This document shows, piece by piece, positions 12,901 through 25,538 of a DNA stretch of 64,000 nucleotides; position 1 is the first letter of the stretch, and the number at the start of each line of letters is the position of its first letter. The translations under genes and the position numbers were made by a program. The notes under the pieces are model-generated. The model had not been told where the DNA came from and did no database searches. It saw nothing but the letters and a program-made list of their open reading frames with translations. Source of the stretch: Squalus acanthias (lineage: Eukaryota); assembly GCA_030390025.1 (NCBI GenBank), contig CM059431.1:139006001-139070000 (forward strand), given 5' to 3'.

Positions 12901-14102
12901 CTCCTTCTACCCCCTTTAGTCTGAGCCCATCTTTTGTCATACTTGGCTTCTGTGAAGCACCTTGCGATGTGTTTCGATGGACAAGTTGGTGTTGCTGTGT
13001 GTTTATTGTACCAGTGTCAGCGTGAGTGACACAGCAGATAACTGAATCTTACAAGATCTCAAACTGGGTTATAAGTTAATGCTGGAGAATAACTTCAACT
13101 ATAGTTTGTAGAAATTTCTGATCTGAGACTGAATCACTTTTACATTTCCCCAGTGGGGAAAGGAAAGGACGCTGACTGAGAGTTTGATTGGACGCACGTG
13201 TGTGGACACACACACAGCGAGACACGCGCACGAGTGGAGAATATTCACTGTAAAACAGCAGGCAAATCTACCACTTGTATATTCATGGCCATTCCTGAGA
13301 TTGATAAAACCTGTGAATATGTTCCACAAATCAATGCTGAGCATCACCTCACTGTTTAAATTTACATGATTCATAACATTATACATTAGTGTTAATATTA
13401 GTGGAATAGCGGTAAATATCCTCACCTCCTACAGTGCTCATTAGTCAGGTGCTGACACCAGGAGAGATATGGTCAATATATTCAAATAGAAGCACCAACC
13501 AGGGCATATCTCCATGTACACACGGACAATGTCACAGCCCATAGAGACCAGAGGAATCACACCTAGCTGTATATTGTATATGGATAGAAATCATATTCGG
13601 AAAGTACTGGATTTTAATATCAAAACTCAAATCAAAATTAATAAATACAAATATGCGAATAAAAAATACAATAGCGCCACATTGTGTAAAACCGAGTGTT
13701 GGATCATTGAATTCATCAATGATCACTCGCTCCATATTTTCCTGCAGAATATTCTCTACCTCCGGAATAAGGCTGGCTTTGGCCTGCACTGTGTGAGTAA
13801 ATCTCACCAATGTGCGAGTCTCGGCCGACGGGAGCCCGTCTGGAACTCGGTTGTGGGGATCAGCGGGACTCACTGGATTTCACTGGGCAGCTGTCTGTGT
13901 CACACCTGATGTGGAGAGTTGATCGTAACACTCGGGAAATGCTCGATCTCGGAGCTAACAGCTGGTGTACTGATGGGGGGGAGAAGGGGCTTGAAATCAT
14001 CTTTAACAAGGCAGCGCTCTCCTTATTTTAATATTTCTATCTAACCCTCCTATTAATATAGTTATTACAGAGCATCATAATCTGGGAACGCCTGTCACCG
14101 CC

Positions 14103-14166
14103 ATGGCTGAAGGTCCAATCAGGGGAGAAGATCCAACATCTTCAACAAGAATGAGAATGGACACAG
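14103..14166 (+). CDS. NLR coding exon 1, upstream copy (1a): [21 protein letters not shown]
   Basis: Acceptor ttacag| before 14071, strong Kozak accgccATGG, donor CAG|gtaaga, phase 1 matching exon 2. Confidence 0.75.
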
Positions 14167-14595
14167 GTAAGAACAACACAATATTATTTACAATATAATT
14201 TCTGTTCTGACAAAGGGTCCAGATCTCGTGCAAGAACCTCCAGCTCACACAGGTCGAGGGAACAGGACAGGGGCTGATTAGAAAGAGGGATGTGAGTGAC
14301 CATCTAGAGAGGCACCGCAGTCACAGGTGGAGGGAGCCCCTGAGGACTGGAACTGTCCAATAGATGGGGACTGTAAGGTGGATGGAGACAGTGACTCAGA
14401 AGATTGTCTTCCTGAGCAATAGTTTGAAGCCAGGGAGCAGTAGGTCACCCCGAGTGAGCCGAGGGTGAGAGGAGAATGATAGAGATATCTGATTCCAGAG
14501 GGAAGAACATCTTTGAATGGCTGTGACCTTTTCTGTGAAGGCAAGAAGAGCAGAAAATTGTCCCGGTCAAAACCAAAAACACAACTAGAAATACA

Positions 14596-16015
14596 TTTAA
14601 AAAATAATTTTCGGGACTTGAGTGTCGCTGGCAAGGCCCCCATTTATTGCCCACACCAAGTTGTCATTGAATAGATGATGGTGGGCCACGTTCTTGAATC
14701 GCTGCAGTCCATGTGGTGAAGGTGCTCCCTCAGTGCTGTTAGGTAGGGAGTTCCAAGGTTTTGATCCAGCGACAATGAAGGAGAGGTGATGTATGTCCAA
14801 GTTAGGGTTGTATGTGACATTAGGAGAACTTGGAAGCGAAGGTGTTCCCACGCACCTGGTGTCCTTGTCCTTCTAGGTGGTGGATGTCGTGGGTGTGAGA
14901 GGTGCTGTCGAAGATGCCTTGCTGACTTACTGGAGAGCATCCAGTAGACAGTAATCTGCAACCACGGTAAGCCAATGGTGGAGGGAGTCCATGTTTAACA
15001 CAATGGATGGGGTGCTGATCAAGCATAATGCTTTGTCCTGGATGGTGTTGAGCATCTTCAGTGTTGTTACAACTTCACTTGTCCAGACAAATGGAAAGTG
15101 TTCCATCACTCTCCTGACGTGTGTTGTAGGTGGGGGAGAGAATTTGGGGAGTCACGAGGTGAGCCACTTGCCACAGAATACCCAGCCTCTGACCTGCTCC
15201 CGTAGACACGGGGGATGTATGTGGCTGGTCCAGTTCTATTTTGTTTGATGTGGGGGACTTGTTGATAATGTCATTGACTGTCATGGCATATGGCTATGGT
15301 ATCTCTGGTTGGAGATGGTCATTGCCTGACCCTGGGAACGGTAGCGTAGTGGTAATGTCACTGGGCTAGTAATCCAGAGGCCTGGACTAATGATTCAGCA
15401 ACGTGAGTTCAAATCCCACCACGGCAGCTGGGGACTTAAATAAATCTGGAATAAAAAGCTAGAATCAGTAATGGTAACCATGAAACTATCGGATTGTCGT
15501 TAAAAACCCATCTGGTTCACTAATGTCCTTTTAGGGAAGGAAATCTGCCGTCCTTACGTGGTCTGGCCTGTATGTGACTACAGACCCACAGCAATGTGGT
15601 TGATCTTAACTGCCCTCTGAAATGGCCTAGCAAGCCACTCAGTTGTAACTAACCGCTACGAAACAAAATACCATCACCACACGGACTGCAGCGGTTCAAG
15701 AAGGCGGCTCACCACCACCTTCTCAAGGGCAACTTGGGATGGGCAATAAATGCTGGCCTTGCCAGCGATGCCCAGATCCCATAAAAGGAATAAAAAAAAC
15801 TTGTCTGGTTCGAATATAATTTGCCACATATCAGGCCAAAACTGGATGTTATCCACGTATTGCTGCAAGCAGGCATGGACTGCTTCATTATTGGGGGAAT
15901 TGTGAATGGGGCCGAACAAACTGCAACCATCAGCGAGCAGCCCCACCTCTAACCTTATGATGGAGCGAAGGTCACTGATGAAGCAGCTGGAAGTAGTTGA
16001 GTCTCGGATGCTGGC
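14596..16015 (-). mobile_element. Degenerate CR1-group LINE 3' portion interrupted by a SINE (copy 1; copy 2 at ~27234..28653)
   Basis: Fragments [36 protein letters not shown] and [12 protein letters not shown]. Confidence 0.75.
15332..15799 (+). mobile_element. tRNA-derived SINE with LINE-derived tail (copy 1; copy 2 at ~27970..28437)
   Basis: A box tagcgtagtgg, B box gagttcaaatccc, 3' end homologous to the host LINE terminus, A-rich end. Confidence 0.88.
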
Positions 16016-16885
16016 CTGGTTTGAGGCCTATATTGAGAGAATTTAAAGTCAGGCAATGGAATGTAAAACAAAGCATCAAGGTGATGGTCTCTGGCTGTAG
16101 GGTGGGGGCGGGGTGGTTAAAATGGAATTAGGTTCAAGGCCAGCTGATAATACAAAAAGTCAGGGTTTATGAAAAGTAAAGCAATAATTCAAGGTTCTAT
16201 CACTGGGGATGAAGGGAGAATCTAATTGTGGAGGATGATGTTTTGAGGAGGTATCAAACATTTCCAATAGTTTCTAAAAATGATGGTGGTGGTGCGAGAA
16301 GGTGGACTAGAGGAGGATGTGGGATCATAGTTGGAGTTAAATGTAGGGAAGGATTTGGAGCTGAAAAAATAGCCAAGATGGGTAAGTGACTGGGCCCAGA
16401 GATAACACACTCCAGGCTGTTAAATCAAATCACAGAGGAGGGAGGACAGACTCTCCACAATTGTTCAATCTGTTTTAGATTTAAACAATACACTGGAGCA
16501 CTGAAGGAGCCCAAGTAACGTCTCTGTTCAACAATGGAGGAGAGAGGATAAACCGGGTAACTAGAACAGTCTACGGCAGTTATGGGCAGAATGCTCGAGT
16601 CCGGAATTTAAGGTTGAATTAGTGAATGTTGAGATACAGGGGATGATCAGGGGAGGCTGGAACCGACTAACTGTAGGCAAGATGTGTTTGACAAATTTGC
16701 ACGCTTTTTTTAAAGAATGGACTATATAGATCGATGGGATGCAGCATCTGCGGTGTATATGTGGTTTAAGAAGGTGTTTGATAATGCGGCTCACAGGAGG
16801 TTTCAGCTGTTTGGTATAAGAGGCAATGTAGCAGCTTGGATATAAAGTGGATAATGAGTTTAATTTTCTCCATTTGTGTTCACAG

Positions 16886-17052
16886 ATCCGAACTCTACAA
16901 TCACTGAGTTCTTGACAGAGTGCAACGATTACCAGCTGTTCCAGTTGACGAAATTCTACCGGGACAGACTGGAACAGGCGATTGAAGGAGGGGTGGATGG
17001 AGTCAGCTCGTTGTTAACATATGAGTGGCATTTCAGTGGACAAGAACATCGG
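16886..17052 (+). CDS. NLR coding exon 2, upstream copy (2a): (D)[55 protein letters not shown]
   Basis: Acceptor ttttctccatttgtgttcacag, donor CGG|gtgagt, 167 nt, phase 1 to 0, open frame. Confidence 0.8.
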
Positions 17053-17644
17053 GTGAGTGGGAGGGACACAGAATGAGTTTGGGTTATTTAAACATCACAG
17101 AAGCAACAGGAAATCAGATCTTAGAATCATAGAATGTTACAGAAGAAAAACAGGCCAACTAGGAAAGAAAGGGTTAAAGCTGTTAATATTTTAAAACAGA
17201 AACAACAACACCAATGTGAAAATACCCACTGGATCCATCAGTCTATGTAAAAAGGACAGGGTAATGGGTACGAAATTATCCTTTGTGGGCTGAAGTCAAA
17301 GGAAACCAAGAATTTTAGCAGGTTCTCTCAAAGAGACAAGAGACAACTAGCCGGAGTTTTAGGGAAGGTCATGAGTTGAATGTCCTACAAAGTATATAAA
17401 GTAAATTGAGGAACTGTGAGATGATTTTAAAAAATCAGCTGCGGGTTAAAGGAAAGATATTTTTATAAAATGTTAAACTAGTGAACAAGTATTGGACCCA
17501 AACAACCTCAAAAAACCTATGGGGAGTGTCGGATCAACCGAATAGAATGATCCCAATTATATTGATTCAGATACCAGCGATAAATCAACTTATTGGTTCT
17601 ATGAAAATCCTCAGGATGTTCAAGCAAATTATCCAGCTACAGTT

Positions 17645-20027
17645 AGTAGAATCACAGGAACTTACAGCACAGAAGGAGGCCACGTCGTGCCTGTGCTGGC
17701 TCTTTGAAAGAGCAGCCGAGCTCAGTCCCACACGCCCACTATTTGTCCGTAACCCTGCAAGTTCCTCATCCACAAGTACCTGTCTAACTCCCTTTAAAAC
17801 TATTGATGGCATCAGCTTACATCACCTTTTCAGGTCGAGCGTTCCAGATCCTGACATCACTCTGAGTGAAAACAATTCTCCTCATCCCCCCTCTAGATCT
17901 TTTGGCAATTAATTTAAATCTATGGCCTCTGGTTATTGACCCGCTCGCCAGACGGAATAGTTTTTTCTCTCTGTCAAAACTTTTTATCATCTTGAAACCC
18001 TCTATTAGGTCACCTGTTAACCTTCTCTGTTCCAAAGAGAACAGTCCTGACTTTCCCGATCTAGTAATAGTACATCCTTTTGTATTCTGTCTCTATTTAT
18101 AAAACTAGGAATCCCGTCTGTTTTTTAACAGCTTTCTCAACTGATTCTGCCAACTTCAAATAATTCTCTACATAAATCCCGAGGTCTCTGTTCCTTCACC
18201 CCCTTTAAAATTGTACAGTTTAGTTTGTATTGTCTCTCCTCATTCTTTCTTCCAAACATAGTCATAGAGAAATACATCACAGAAAGAGGCCCTTCTGCCC
18301 ATCGTGTCCGCGCCGGCCATCAAGCCCTGTCTATTCTAATCCCATTTTCCAGCACTTGGTCCGTAGCCTTGTATGCTATGACGTTTCAAGTGCTCATCTA
18401 AATGCTTCTTGAATGTTGAGGGTTCCTGCCTCTACCACCCTTTCAGGCAGTGACTTCCAGATTCCAAACACCCTCTGGGTGAAAAAGTTTTTCCTCAAAT
18501 CCCCTCTAAACCTCCTGCCCCTTACCTTGAAACTATGCCCCCTGGTTATTGAGCCCTCTACTAAGGGGGAAAAGTTCCTTTCTATCTACCCTATCTATGC
18601 CCCACGTAATTTTGTGCACCTAAATCAGGTCCCTCCTCAGCCTTCTCTGCTCTAAGGAAAACAACCCCAGCCTGACCAGTCTCTCTTCATAGCTGAAACG
18701 CTCCAGCCCAGTAACATCCTGGTGAATCTCCTCTGCACCCTCTCTAATGCAATCACATCCTTCCTATAGCGTGGCGACCAGAACTGCACACAGTATTACA
18801 GCTGTGGCCTATCTAGCGTTTTGTACAGCTCCATCATAACCTCCCTGCTCTTATATTCTATGCCTCGGCTAATGAAGGCATATGCCTTCTTAACCACCTT
18901 ATCTACCTGTCCTGCTGCCTTCAGGGATCTATGTACATGCACACCAAGGCCCCTTTTGATCCTCTGTCCTTCCTAGGGTCCTACCATTCATTGTGTATTC
19001 CCTTGCCTTGTTAGTCCTCCCAAAATGCATCACCTCACACTTTTCAGGGTTAAATTCCATTTGCCACTGTTCTGCTCATCTGACCAACCGTCTATATCGT
19101 CCTGTAGCCTGAGGCTTCCCTCCTCGCTATTTACCACTCTACCAATTTTCATGTCATCTGCGAACTTACTGATCATAGCTCCTACATTCATATCTAAATC
19201 ATTAATGTACACACAAACAGCAAGGGACCCAGCACCGATCCCTGCGTTACACCACTGGACACAGGCTTCCAGTCACAATAACAACATTCGACCATCCCCC
19301 CTCTGCCTCCTGCCACTAAACCAATTTTGGATCCAATGTGCCAAGTTGCCCTGGATCCCATGGGCTCTTACCTTCTTGACCAGTCTGCCATGCGGGACCT
19401 TGTCAAAAACCTTTCTGAAGTCCATGTGGACTACATCAACTGCACTACCCTCATCCACATACCTAGTCACCCTCTCTCAAAAGTCAATCAATTTGGTTAG
19501 ACATGATCTCCCCCTGACAAAGCCATGCTGACTATCCTTGATTAATCCTTGCCTGCCAAGAGAAGACTAATTCTGTCCCTCAGAAATTTTTCCAATAATT
19601 TCCCTACCACTGATGTTAGGCTCACTGGCCTGTAATTCCCTGGTTTATCCCTACTATGCTTCTTGAATAATGGTACTACATTAACTGTCCTCCAGTTCTC
19701 TGGCACCTCCCCTGTGGGCAGAGAGGATCTGAAAATTTGTGTCAGAACCCCTGCAATCTCCTCCCTTGCCTCACACAGCAGCCTGGGATACATCTCGTCT
19801 GGTCCTGGGGATTGATCCACTTTTAAGCCCGCTAAAACCGCTAATACCTCCTCCCCCTCGATGCTAATTTGTTCAAGTATATCACCATCCCCCTGCCTGA
19901 TTTCTATGCTTACATCGTCCTTCTCCATAGTGAACACAGATGCAAAATATTCATTTAAAACCTCACCTACATCTTCTGGCTCTACACACAGATTGCCACT
20001 TTTGTCCCTAATGGGCCCTACTCTTTC
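17645..20027 (-). mobile_element. Two adjacent CR1 LINE fragments (17645..18255 and 18256..20027)
   Basis: RT fragments ([21 protein letters not shown]); the second is the same subfamily as 7140..9007, inverted. Confidence 0.9.
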
Positions 20028-20270
20028 GATAGCAAAATACTGCGGATGCTGGAAATCCGAAATAACAACAGAAAACGCTGGAAAAACTCAGCAGGCCAGG
20101 CAGCATCCGTGGAGAGAGAAACAGAGTTAACGTTTCAGGTCGAAGACCTTTCGTCAGAACTGGAAAAAAGCAGGAAATAAAATCGATTTAACGCTGGGAG
20201 AAGGGGGAGGGGATGAAAGAACAAAAGGAGAGATTAAGAGACACAGAGACGTTAAGAGATAATCATGGCC
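20028..20270 (-). mobile_element. Penelope-like element terminal fragment (also at ~32663..32905)
   Basis: Nearly identical to the start of the GIY-YIG-bearing insertion at 33691. Confidence 0.8.
20125..20161 (-). ncRNA. Minimal type-I hammerhead ribozyme-like motif (also 32760..32796 and 33788..33824)
   Basis: AGUU-CUGACGA-A-AGGUC(UUC)GACCU-GAAAC-GUU-AACU on the - strand. Confidence 0.55.
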
Positions 20271-20274
20271 AGGA

Positions 20275-23035
20275 CAGTGGGGGGCGCGGGGTTGGGTCGG
20301 GGGGGGGCGCGGGGTTGGGTCGGTGGGGGGGCGCAAGGCTGGGTCGGTGGGGGGGCGCGGGGTTGGGTCGGTGGGGGGGCGCGGAGTTGGGTCGGCGCGG
20401 GGTTGGGTCGGTGGGGGGCGCGGGGTTGGGTCGGTGGGGGGCGCGGGGTTGGGTCGGTGGGGGGTGGGCGCGGGGGTTGGGTCGGTGGGGGGTTGGGTCG
20501 CTGGGGGGCGCGGGGGTTGGGTCGCTGGGGGGCGCGGGGTTGGGTCGGTGGGGGGTTGGGTCGGTGGGGGGTGCGGGGTTGGCTCGTTGGGGCGCGGGGT
20601 TGGGTCGTTGGTGGGGCAAGGGGGTGGGGGGTTGGGTCGTTGGGGGGTTGGGTCGGTGGGGGGCGCGGGGTTGGGTCGGTGGGGGGCGCGGGGTTGGGTC
20701 GTTGGGTTGGGTCGGTGGGGGGCGCGGGGTTTGGTCGGTGGGGGGCGCGGGGTTGCGACGGTGGGGGGCGCGGGGTTGGGTCGGTGGGGGGCGCGGGGTT
20801 GGGTCGGTGGGGGGGCGCGGGGTTGGGTCGGTGGGGGGCGCGGGGTTGGGTCGGTGGGGGGCGCGGGGTTGGGTCGGTGGGGGGCGCGGGGTTGGGTCGT
20901 TGGGGGGTTGGGTCGGTGGGGGGCGCGGGGTTGGGTCGGTGGGGGGCGCGGGGTTGGGTCGGTGGGGGGCGCGGGGTTGGGTCGGTGGGGGGCGCGGGGT
21001 TGGGTCGGTGGGTGGCGCGGGGTTGGGTCGGTGGGGGGCGCGGGGTTGGGTCGGTGGGTGGCGCGGGGTTGGGTCGGTGGGGGGGCGCGGGGTTGGGTCG
21101 GTGGGGGGCGCGGGGTTGGGTCGGTTGGGGGTTGGGTCGGTGGGGCGTTGGGTCGGTGGGGGGCGCGGGGTTGGGTCGGTGGGGGGCGCGGGGTTGGGTC
21201 GGTGGGGGGCGCGGGGTTGGGTCGGTGGGGGGCGCGGGGTTGGGTCGGTGGGGGGCGCGGGGTTGGGTCGGCGGGGGGGTGGGCGCGGGGTTGGGTCGGC
21301 GGGGGGGTGGGCGCGGGGTTGGGTCGGCGGGGGGTTGGGTCGGTGGGGGGTTGGGTCGCTGGGGGGCGCCTGAGTCGGGTCGCTGGGGGGCGCGGGGTTG
21401 GGTCGGTGGGGGATTGTGTCGGTGGGGGGCGCGGGGTTGGGTCGGTGGGGGGGCGCGGGGTTGGGTCATTGGGGGGCGCGGGGTTGGGTCGGTGGGGGGT
21501 TGGGTCGGTGGGGGGCGCGGGGTTGGGTCGTGGGGGGGCGCGGGGTTGGGTCGGTGGGGGGGCGCGGGGTTGCCTCTGTGGGGGGCGCGGGGTTGGGTCA
21601 GTGGTTGGTTGGGTCGGTGGGGGGCGCGGGGTTGGGTCATTGAGGGGCGTGGGGTTGGGTCGGTGGGGGGCGCGGGGTTGGGGGGTTGGGTCGTTGGGGG
21701 TTTCGGTCGGTGGGGGGCGCGGGGTTGGGGGGTTGGGTTGGTGGGGGGCGCGGGGTCGGTGGGGGGTTGGGTCGGTGGGGGGCGCGGGGTTGGGTCGGTG
21801 GGGGGCGCGGGGTTGGGTCGGTGGGGGGCGCGGGGTTGGGTCGGTGGGGGGCGCGGGGTTGGGTCGGTGGGGGGCGCGGGGTTGGGTCGGTGGGAGCGGG
21901 GTTGGGTCGGTGGGGGGCGCGGGGTTGGGTCGGTGGGGGGCGCGGGGTTGGGTCGGGGGGGGGCGCGGGGTTGGGTCGGGGGGGGGCGCGGGGTTGGGTC
22001 GGTGGAGGGCGCGGGGTTGGGTCGGTGGGGGGCGCGGGGTTGGGGCGGGGTTGGGTCGGTGGGGGGCGCGGGGTTTGGTCTGTGGGGGGGGGGGCGCGGG
22101 GTTGGGTCGTTGGGGGGGCGCGGGGTTGGGTCGGTGGGGGGCGCGGGGTTGGGTCGGTGGGGGGCGCGGGGTTGGGGCGGGGTTGGGTCGGTGGGGGGCG
22201 CGGGGTTTGGTCTGTGGGGGGGGGCGCGGGGTTGGGTCGTTGGGGGGGCGCGGGGTTGGGTCGGTGGGGGGCGCGGGGTTGGGTCGGTGGGGGGCGCGGG
22301 GTTGGGTCGGTGGGGGGCGCGGGGGTTGGGTCGGTGGGGGGCGAGGGGTTGGGTCGGTGGGGGGCGAGGGGTTGGGTCGGTGGGGGGCGCGGGGTTGGGT
22401 CGGTGGGGGGCGCGGGGTTGGGTCGGTGGGGGGCGAGGGGTTGGGTCGGTGGGGGGCGAGGGGTTTGGGTCGGTGGGGGGGCGAGGGGTTGGGTCGGTGG
22501 GGGGCGGGGGTTTGGGTCGGTGGGGGGCGCGGGGTTAGGTCGGTGGGGGACGCAGGTTTGGTTTGTTGGGGGGGCGCGGGGTTGGGTCGGTGGGGGGGCC
22601 TGAGTCATGGGGGGCGCGGGGTTGGGTCATTGGGGGCCCGGGGCTGGGTCGTTGGGGGGCGCGGGGCTGGGTCGTTGGGGGGCGCGGGGCTGGGTCGTTG
22701 GGGGGCGTGGGGCTGGGTCGGTGGGGGTGGCAGGTCTGTGTCGGTGGGTTGCGGGGGGCTGGGTCAGTGGGGTGCGGGGCTGCATCAGTGTGGTGCGGGG
22801 GGCTGGGACAGTGGGTGTGCGGGGCTGCTTCAGTGGGGTGCGGGGGGCTGGGTCTGTGGGGTGCAGGCCTGCATCAGTGGGGTGCGGGGGGCTGTGACGG
22901 TGGGTTGTGGGGCTGGGCCAGTTTGGTGCGGGCCTGGGACTGTGGGGTGCGGGGTGCTGGGTCAATGTGGGTGTCGGAGCTGGGACCGTGGGTTTTGGGG
23001 CTGAGCCAGTTTGGTGCGTGGCTGGGTCAGTGTGG
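20275..23035. repeat. G-rich minisatellite B: ~2.3 kb of the 23-bp unit GGGGTTGGGTCGGTGGGGGGCGC grading into A-type repeats
   Basis: Visible array with extreme G/C strand skew. Confidence 0.97.
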
Positions 23036-23397
23036 GTGTAGCTGCGACAGCGGGGTGCGAAATCGCTTCAAAGCCCTGCTCACTCAGCATCCGTGTGCTT
23101 GTGAACCTACATTGGCTCCCGGTTCCCCGAGCGTCTCCAATTTACAAGTCCCATTGTTGTTTAAATCCCTTCCTGTCTCTGTAACCTCCTCCAGCACTAC
23201 AATCCCCCACCACCAAGATCTCTCTCTTCCTCCAACTCTGGCCTCTTGTGGCATTTCCCCCTCAACTCCCCCCCATCTATGGAGGCTGTGCCTTCGGCTG
23301 TCCCGGCTCAATGCTCATCAATTCCCCACCCAAACCTCTCCAGCTCCCTCCTCCTTTAGAACCCTATGAAACTCACTGCTGTGACCAACATTCTGAC

Positions 23398-25538
23398 CAT
23401 AGAAACATAGAAGATAGGAGCAGGAGTAGGCCATTTGGCCCCTCTAGCCTGCTCTGCCATTCAATGCGATCATGGCTGATCATCCAAACTCAGTACCCTG
23501 TACCTGCTTTCTCCCCATATCCCTTGATCCCTTGATCCCTTGATCCCTTGATCCCTTGATCCCTTGATCCCTTGATCCCTTGATCCCTTGATCCCTTGAT
23601 CCCTTGATCCCTTGATCCCTTGATCCCTTTAGCCTTAAGAAATATATCATAGAATCACAGAATCCCCACAGTGCTGATAGAGGCCATTTCGGCCCATCGA
23701 GCCCATATCCCACCCTATCCCCGTAACCCCACGTATTTATTCCCCCCCCTAACACTAAGGGTCAATTTATCATAGCCAAATGAACCTAACCTGCACATCT
23801 TTGGACTGTGGGAGAAAACCGTAGCACCCAGAGGAAACCCACGCAGACACGGGGAGAACGTGCAAACTCCACACAGTCACCCGAGGCCGGATTCGAACCC
23901 GAGTCCCTGGCTCTGTGAGGCAACAGTGCTAACCACTATGCCACCGTGTTGCCCCTCCTTGAATATATTTAATGAATTGTCCTCTACTGCCTTCTGTGGT
24001 ATAGAATTCCAAAGGTTCACCACTCTCTGGGTGAAGAAATTCCTCCTCATTTCTGTCCTGAATGGCTTACCCCTTATCCTTAGACTGTGACCCCTGGTTC
24101 TGGACTCCCCCGCCATCGTGAACATCCTTCCTGCATCTAGTTTGTCCAGTCCTTTCAGAATTTTACAAGTTTCAATGAGATCACCTCTCATTCTTCTAAA
24201 CTCCAGCGAGTATAAGCCCAATCGACCCAATCTCTCCTCATACGTCATTCCTGCCATCCCAGGTATCAGCCTGGTGAATCTTCGCTGCACTCCCTCCATG
24301 GCAAGAACCTCCTTCCTCAGATAAGGCGACCAAAACTGCACACAATACTCAAGATGTGGTCTCACCAAGGCCCTGTACAACTGCAGCAAGACATCCTTGT
24401 TCCTGTACTCAAACCCTCTCGCTACGAAGGCCAACATACCACTTGCCTTCTTAACCGCCTGCTGCACCTGCATGCTTACCTTCAGTGACTGGTGCACAAG
24501 GACACCCAGGTCTCGTTGCACTTCCCCATTCTCCCAGTCTATTGCCATTCAGATAATAATCTGCCTTCCTGTTTTTGACACCAAAGTGGATAACCTTGCA
24601 TTTATCCACGTTATATTGCATCTGCCATGCTTCTGCCCAATCACCCAACCTGTCCAAATCATCCTGGAGTTTCTTGGCATCCTCCTCACAGCACACACTC
24701 CCACCCAGCTTTGTGTCGTCTGCAAACTTGGAGATATTACATCTAGTTCCCTTGTCTAGATCCTGAATATATATTGTGAATAGCTGGGGTACAAGGACCG
24801 ATCCCTGCGGTACCCCACTAGTCACTGCCTGCCACTCGGAAAATGACCCGTTTATTCCAACTCTTTGCTTCCTGTCTGCCAACCAGTTCTCTATCCAAGT
24901 CAATACCTTGCCCCCAATCCCATGTGCCTTAACTTTACACGCTAATCTCTTATGCGGGACCTTATCGAAAGCCTTTTGAAAGTCCAAATACACCACATCC
25001 ACTGGTTCTCCCTTATCTATTCTACCAGTTACATCCTCAAAAAATTTCAGTAGATTAGTCAAGCACGATTTACCTTTTGTAAATCCATGTTGACTTTGTC
25101 CGATCCTGTCACTGTTTTCCAAGTGCTCTGCTATTCCATCTTTTATAATGGACTCTAGCATTTTCCCCACTACCGATGTCGGGCTTACCGGTCTGTAATT
25201 CCCCATTTTCTCTCTGCCACCTTTTTTGAATAGTGGGGTAACATTAGCTACCCTCCAATCCATGGGAACTGTTCCAGAGTCTATAGAATGTTGGAAGATG
25301 ATCAGCAATGCATCTACTATTTCTAGGGCCACTTCCTTAAGTACCCTAGGATGTAGATTATCAGGCCCTGGGGATTTATCGGCCTTCATTCCCGCCAATT
25401 TCCCTAACACCATTTCCCTACAAATACTGATTTCTTTCAGTTCCTCCCTCTCATTAGATCCTATGTTCCCTGACATCTCTGGGAGGTTATTTGTGTCCTC
25501 CTTTGTGAAGACAGAACCAAAATATGTATTTAATTGGT
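23398..25538 (-). mobile_element. CR1 LINE with nested V-SINE (23647..23954), copy 2
   Basis: Duplicate of 10848..12900. Confidence 0.95.
23521..23629. repeat. (CCCTTGAT)13 8-bp tandem repeat
   Basis: Direct count; only 2 units at the paralogous site 10971. Confidence 0.97.

Noticed and set aside
11813..12940. RT ORFs as a retron, DGR or host gene
   Set aside because: Motifs and tails are those of truncated, frameshifted CR1 LINE ORF2
20213..23369. Very long Gly/Arg/Trp-rich and Pro-rich ORFs (up to 893 aa)
   Set aside because: They arise from an A-poor 23-bp minisatellite that is open in nearly all frames on both strands; there is no coding signal
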